Made by a program: the position numbers and the translations under genes
Part shown: piece by piece, positions 60,204-64,000 of the stretch
How positions within the stretch are numbered: the stretch's first letter is position 1
Layout: each line of letters opens with the position of its first letter
The notes under the pieces: generated by a model
What the model was told of the DNA's origin: nothing
The model's database searches: none
What the model saw: the letters and a program-made list of their open reading frames with translations, nothing else
NCBI RefSeq assembly: GCF_045037415.1
Contig: NZ_CP173438.1
DNA: 64,000 bases
Strand: one strand, 5' to 3'
Source: Escherichia coli
GTDB taxonomy: Bacteria > Pseudomonadota > Gammaproteobacteria > Enterobacterales > Enterobacteriaceae

Positions 60204-61571
60204 TTAGATTGCCCAACCACCCGCGTAAAACGCGACCAGTGCGGCAGTAATGATCACCGTACCAATATTCAGCTTTTGCCATTCGCGCGCAAAGACGCGA
60301 CCCACCACCAGTGTTACAAAGCCCAGCATAATACCGGTAACGATATTACAAGTCAGAACGATGAACACGGCACACACCAGGCCAGCCATTGCGTCAATAA
60401 AATCGTTGAAATCCAGCTTCGAGACGTTGCTTAACATCAGCAAACCCACGTACATCAGTGCGGGAGCTGTGGCATAACCGGGGATCAGAAACGATAACGG
60501 TGATAAAAACAGAATCATCAGGAACAACACACCAACCACGGTTGCGGTTAAACCGGTTTTCCCCCCGGCGGCGGTTCCTGCCGCTGATTCGATATAAACC
60601 GCCGCGGGCGCTGCGCCCACCAGGCCGGAGAATATTGAACTTACTGAGTCACTGGTCAGGGCTTTGCCGCCGTTGATGATCTGGTTGTCTTTATCCAACA
60701 AATTCGCCTGACCGGCGACGGCACGGATGGTGCCAGTGGCGTCGAACACTGCGGTCATCACCAATGCCAGTACACTCGGAAGTACAGTTGGCTGGAGTGC
60801 GCCCATAATATCGAGGCTGAAAATCAGAGACTTACCATCTTCGCCAGTCAGGCTTGGCATCGCCACCAGACCGTGGTACTTCACCGCTGGGTCAAAGATT
60901 AAGCCGATGATCGAAATTGCAATAATCACCAACAAGATCCCGCCGGGTACGCGGCACTTTTCCAGACCGAAGATGACCGCCAGCCCCAGTAAGCTCATCA
61001 TCACCGGGAAGGAGGTAAAGGCACCGAGCGCCACTGGCAAGCCTTCAATCGGGTTTTTTATAACCATTCCCACACCGTTAGCAGCAATCAGCAGCAGAAA
61101 CAGGCCGATACCGATACCTGTACCGTGAGCGATCCCCATCGGCAAATTACGTAAGATCCAGGTACGCACACCGGTTACGGAAATAGCGGTGAAGATGACG
61201 CCCATCAGAAAGACTGCGCCCAGTGCGACAGGAACGCTAATTTGTTGCCCGAGTACCAGACTGAATGCGGTAAACGCCGTCAAGGAAATAGCGCAACCAA
61301 TCGCCATTGGCAAATTGGCCCATAACCCCATCAGCAACGAGCCGAAGCCCGCGACCAGACAGGTGGCAACAAACACAGCTGCGGGAGGAAAACCTGCTTT
61401 GCCCAGCATTCCCGGAACGACGATAACGGAATAAACCATGGCCAGAAAGGTCGTTAAGCCAGCCAGTACTTCCTGACGAACGGTACTGCCACGAGCGGTA
61501 ATTTTAAAATAATTATCCAGCGCGCCCTGTGGCTTTGGTGCGTCCGGTGTTTGTAGGATGTCTCCAGACAT
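60204..61571 (-). CDS. ghxQ: Guanine/hypoxanthine permease (NCS2/AzgA-like)
   Basis: 455 aa, [47 protein letters not shown]. Confidence 0.92.
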   Translation of the reverse strand: MSGDILQTPDAPKPQGALDNYFKITARGSTVRQEVLAGLTTFLAMVYSVIVVPGMLGKAGFPPAAVFVATCLVAGFGSLLMGLWANLPMAIGCAISLTAFTAFSLVLGQQISVPVALGAVFLMGVIFTAISVTGVRTWILRNLPMGIAHGTGIGIGLFLLLIAANGVGMVIKNPIEGLPVALGAFTSFPVMMSLLGLAVIFGLEKCRVPGGILLVIIAISIIGLIFDPAVKYHGLVAMPSLTGEDGKSLIFSLDIMGALQPTVLPSVLALVMTAVFDATGTIRAVAGQANLLDKDNQIINGGKALTSDSVSSIFSGLVGAAPAAVYIESAAGTAAGGKTGLTATVVGVLFLMILFLSPLSFLIPGYATAPALMYVGLLMLSNVSKLDFNDFIDAMAGLVCAVFIVLTCNIVTGIMLGFVTLVVGRVFAREWQKLNIGTVIITAALVAFYAGGWAI

Positions 61572-61606
61572 AATGATGTCCTCACGAGGATGTTAAAGTT
61601 TTATTA

Positions 61607-62926
61607 TTAGTTGCGTTCGTACACCAGACGACCATCAACGTAGGTGCGGTAGATCGAACGGTCATCGCCCAACGTCATCATCACGAACAATTTGTCGACT
61701 AAAGAAACAGAGTTGTCATAGCGCAGCTGCTGTAGCGGAGTGGCAGTGGGTTCCATCACCACGAAATCAGCCTCTTTGCCAGGTAAAAAGTTGCCAATCA
61801 AATCGTCAAGGCCCAGAGATTTCGCTCCGCCGAGCGTGGCCAGGTAAAACGCTTCATATGCCGAGAGGCGATAGCCTTGTAATTGCAATACCTTGTAGGC
61901 TTCGTTCAGCGTTTGCAGCATGTTAAAAGTTGTTCCGGCACCGATATCCGTTCCCATGCCCACTTTGACTTTCTTCTGCCATGCTTTTTTCAAGTTGAAT
62001 AAGCCGCTGCCGAGGTAAAGGTTGGAGGTCGGACAGAAAGCAATGCTGGATTTGGTTTCGCTGAGACGATCCCACTCTTTTTCTTCGAGATGGACGCAGT
62101 GAGCAAAGACGCAGTTTTTACCGGTCAGGCCGTACTGATGGTAAACATCAAGATAACCATCATGGTCAGGATAAAGCGATTTCACCCAGGCAATTTCATC
62201 TTTGTTTTCACAGAGATGGGTATGTACCCATGTATCCGGATATTCTTCTTTCAGGCGTTGCGCCATCGCCATCTGTTCAGGAGATGAGGTAGGGGCGAAG
62301 CGTGGCGTAATCGCATACAACAGACGACCATTTTTGTGCCAGCGTTCAATCAGTTCTTTGCTTTGGTGATAGCTGCTTTCGGCAGTGTCGAGCAGATAAT
62401 CCGGTGCGTTTCGGTCCATCATCACTTTACCGGCAATCATACGCATATTGATATGACTGGCGGCTTCAAACAGCGCATCAACGGATTGTGGATGAACAGT
62501 GCCAAACACCAGCGCCGTGGTGGTTCCGTTACGTAAAAGCTGCTTGATGAAGAACGCCGACATCTCGCGGGCGTACTCTAAATCCTCATAACGACGTTCA
62601 GTAGGGAAGGTGTGTTTATTCAACCACTCCAGCAATTGTTCACCATAGGCCCCCACCATTTCACTTTGCGGATAATGGATATGTGTATCGATAAAGCCCG
62701 GTACTATCAGTTTGCCGCGATAGTCGCGCACGCGAATGGTGTCAGGAATTTGATGCTTTCCGTCTTCCCATTCGCCAAACCATTCCACTTTTCCCTGTTT
62801 AATGAGTAATAAACCATCCTCAATAAACCGCAGCGCAGAGGCAATTTCTTCCGGGTTATCGACCGTACGGGTGACATCAATAAAACTGCCTCGTACCGCT
62901 TTTAACGTGTGTTCTCCTGACATCAT
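61607..62926 (-). CDS. guaD: Guanine deaminase
   Basis: 439 aa from MMSGEHTLKAVRGSFIDVTRT; amidohydrolase PGFIDTHIHYPQ motif. The track ORF starts 40 codons upstream. Confidence 0.93.
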   Translation of the reverse strand: MMSGEHTLKAVRGSFIDVTRTVDNPEEIASALRFIEDGLLLIKQGKVEWFGEWEDGKHQIPDTIRVRDYRGKLIVPGFIDTHIHYPQSEMVGAYGEQLLEWLNKHTFPTERRYEDLEYAREMSAFFIKQLLRNGTTTALVFGTVHPQSVDALFEAASHINMRMIAGKVMMDRNAPDYLLDTAESSYHQSKELIERWHKNGRLLYAITPRFAPTSSPEQMAMAQRLKEEYPDTWVHTHLCENKDEIAWVKSLYPDHDGYLDVYHQYGLTGKNCVFAHCVHLEEKEWDRLSETKSSIAFCPTSNLYLGSGLFNLKKAWQKKVKVGMGTDIGAGTTFNMLQTLNEAYKVLQLQGYRLSAYEAFYLATLGGAKSLGLDDLIGNFLPGKEADFVVMEPTATPLQQLRYDNSVSLVDKLFVMMTLGDDRSIYRTYVDGRLVYERN

Positions 62927-62940
62927 TGACTCCTTTACTG

Positions 62941-64000
62941 TTAATCCATCTCTTCCGCTGAGGTAATACCAGGCAGAACGTTTTCCTGTCGGTAGCCACC
63001 AGGGAGGATAATATTTAATAAAATCGCAGTTAACCCGCCAGCACAAATAGGGTTTTCAACTAATACATAAATAGAGGCTGGCAATATTTTAAAAATTTCG
63101 GGATCGTAGGAGATACCAAGCCCTAAACCTAAAGAAGTGGCAACAATAAGCGTTTCACGGCGCTTTAAACCGTTGGTGATGATGATGCGAATCCCTGCGA
63201 TGGCAATCATGGAAAACATCAACGTCATTGCGCCTCCCAGAACTGCTGAGGGAATGGTCGTGAAGAAGCCGCCAATCATCGGAAATAAGCCGAGGATAAC
63301 CAGCATTACCGCGATGGTTCGCCCGACATAACGTGAAGCGACGCCAGTCATCTGAATAACCCCATTATTTTGCGCAAACGTGGTTAATGGTAATGAACCG
63401 ACAGCGGAGGCGATAACAGAAACCAGACCATCTGCCAGCACGCCGCCTTTCAGTCGGGACTGATACTCTTCCCCCTGAATGGGACGGCGGGAAACCATTG
63501 CCGTGGCGGTGATATCGCCGACAGCTTCCAGCACGCTAAGCAGATAAATCGTGCCAACCACCAGGAACTGATGGAAGCTAAAACTAAAGCCGTATTTGAA
63601 CGGATGCGGGATGGTGATTAACGGCAAATTGCGCATACTGCTGAAATCCACCATGCCCAGGCATAACGATGCGATATAGCCGACACATAGCCCAATGGCG
63701 ATCCCTCCCATGCGTAGCAACGGACTGCGACAGCAGTTAAAGCCGATCACCACAATCAAAACCAATAAACCAACGCCGAGATGTTCGTAATTGCCGAACG
63801 TACCGCTGCTTTTGGCTGCAAATCCTCCACCAAAATCAATAATGCCGACTTTAATCAGGCTTAAGCCGATCATCAGCACCACAATGCCGCTGACGGTAGG
63901 CGTAATAACCCGACGTAAATAGGGCAGGATAAAAGAAGAGCCGACAACCAGAAATGCGCCAACGAAGGAGACGCCGAGGAGCGACGACATGATTAACTCT
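62941..64000 (-). CDS. xanQ: Xanthine permease (NCS2/NAT), C-terminal part; gene continues past the window end
   Basis: 349-aa C-terminal portion with no start codon in the window; NAT-family TM pattern. Confidence 0.88.
   Translation of the reverse strand, partial: ELIMSSLLGVSFVGAFLVVGSSFILPYLRRVITPTVSGIVVLMIGLSLIKVGIIDFGGGFAAKSSGTFGNYEHLGVGLLVLIVVIGFNCCRSPLLRMGGIAIGLCVGYIASLCLGMVDFSSMRNLPLITIPHPFKYGFSFSFHQFLVVGTIYLLSVLEAVGDITATAMVSRRPIQGEEYQSRLKGGVLADGLVSVIASAVGSLPLTTFAQNNGVIQMTGVASRYVGRTIAVMLVILGLFPMIGGFFTTIPSAVLGGAMTLMFSMIAIAGIRIIITNGLKRRETLIVATSLGLGLGISYDPEIFKILPASIYVLVENPICAGGLTAILLNIILPGGYRQENVLPGITSAEEMD

Overview
This 64 kb window is an Escherichia coli-type chromosomal backbone, read in reverse orientation relative to the K-12 reference: galP, metK, speA, speB, loiP, tktA, cmtBA-yggPFDC, epd-pgk-fbaA, mscS, argO, yggE, argP, rpiA, serA, ssrS, zapA, ygfB-pepP-ubiH-ubiI, gcvTHP, bglA, ygfZ, sdhE-ygfX, fldB, xerD-dsbC-recJ-prfB-lysS, idi, and the purine-salvage genes uacT, ygfT, ygfS, ghxQ, guaD and xanQ. 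Nearly all core genes are intact and densely packed. No integrase, transposase, tRNA, rRNA or CRISPR array was found. Against my recollection of K-12 gene order, the window differs in several places. Three blocks appear inserted at core-gene junctions: an AT-rich lipoprotein gene between speA and speB, an SPFH/band-7 gene between tktA and cmtB, and a GC-rich five-gene cluster between yggC and epd. That cluster encodes a PPC/DUF296 protein plus an ECF-type transporter (S, T and two ATPase components) and is the best candidate for an uncharacterised system. The sbm-argK-scpB-scpC operon is reduced to a frameshifted sbm remnant, ygfI carries two in-frame stop codons, and ygfF appears absent. Other notable elements are a tandem REP/BIME array, the ibsC toxin ORF, 6S RNA and the prfB +1 frameshift site. 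All identifications rest on reading the sequence and ORF translations and on remembered family signatures; no database search was possible, so the accessory-versus-core calls need confirmation.
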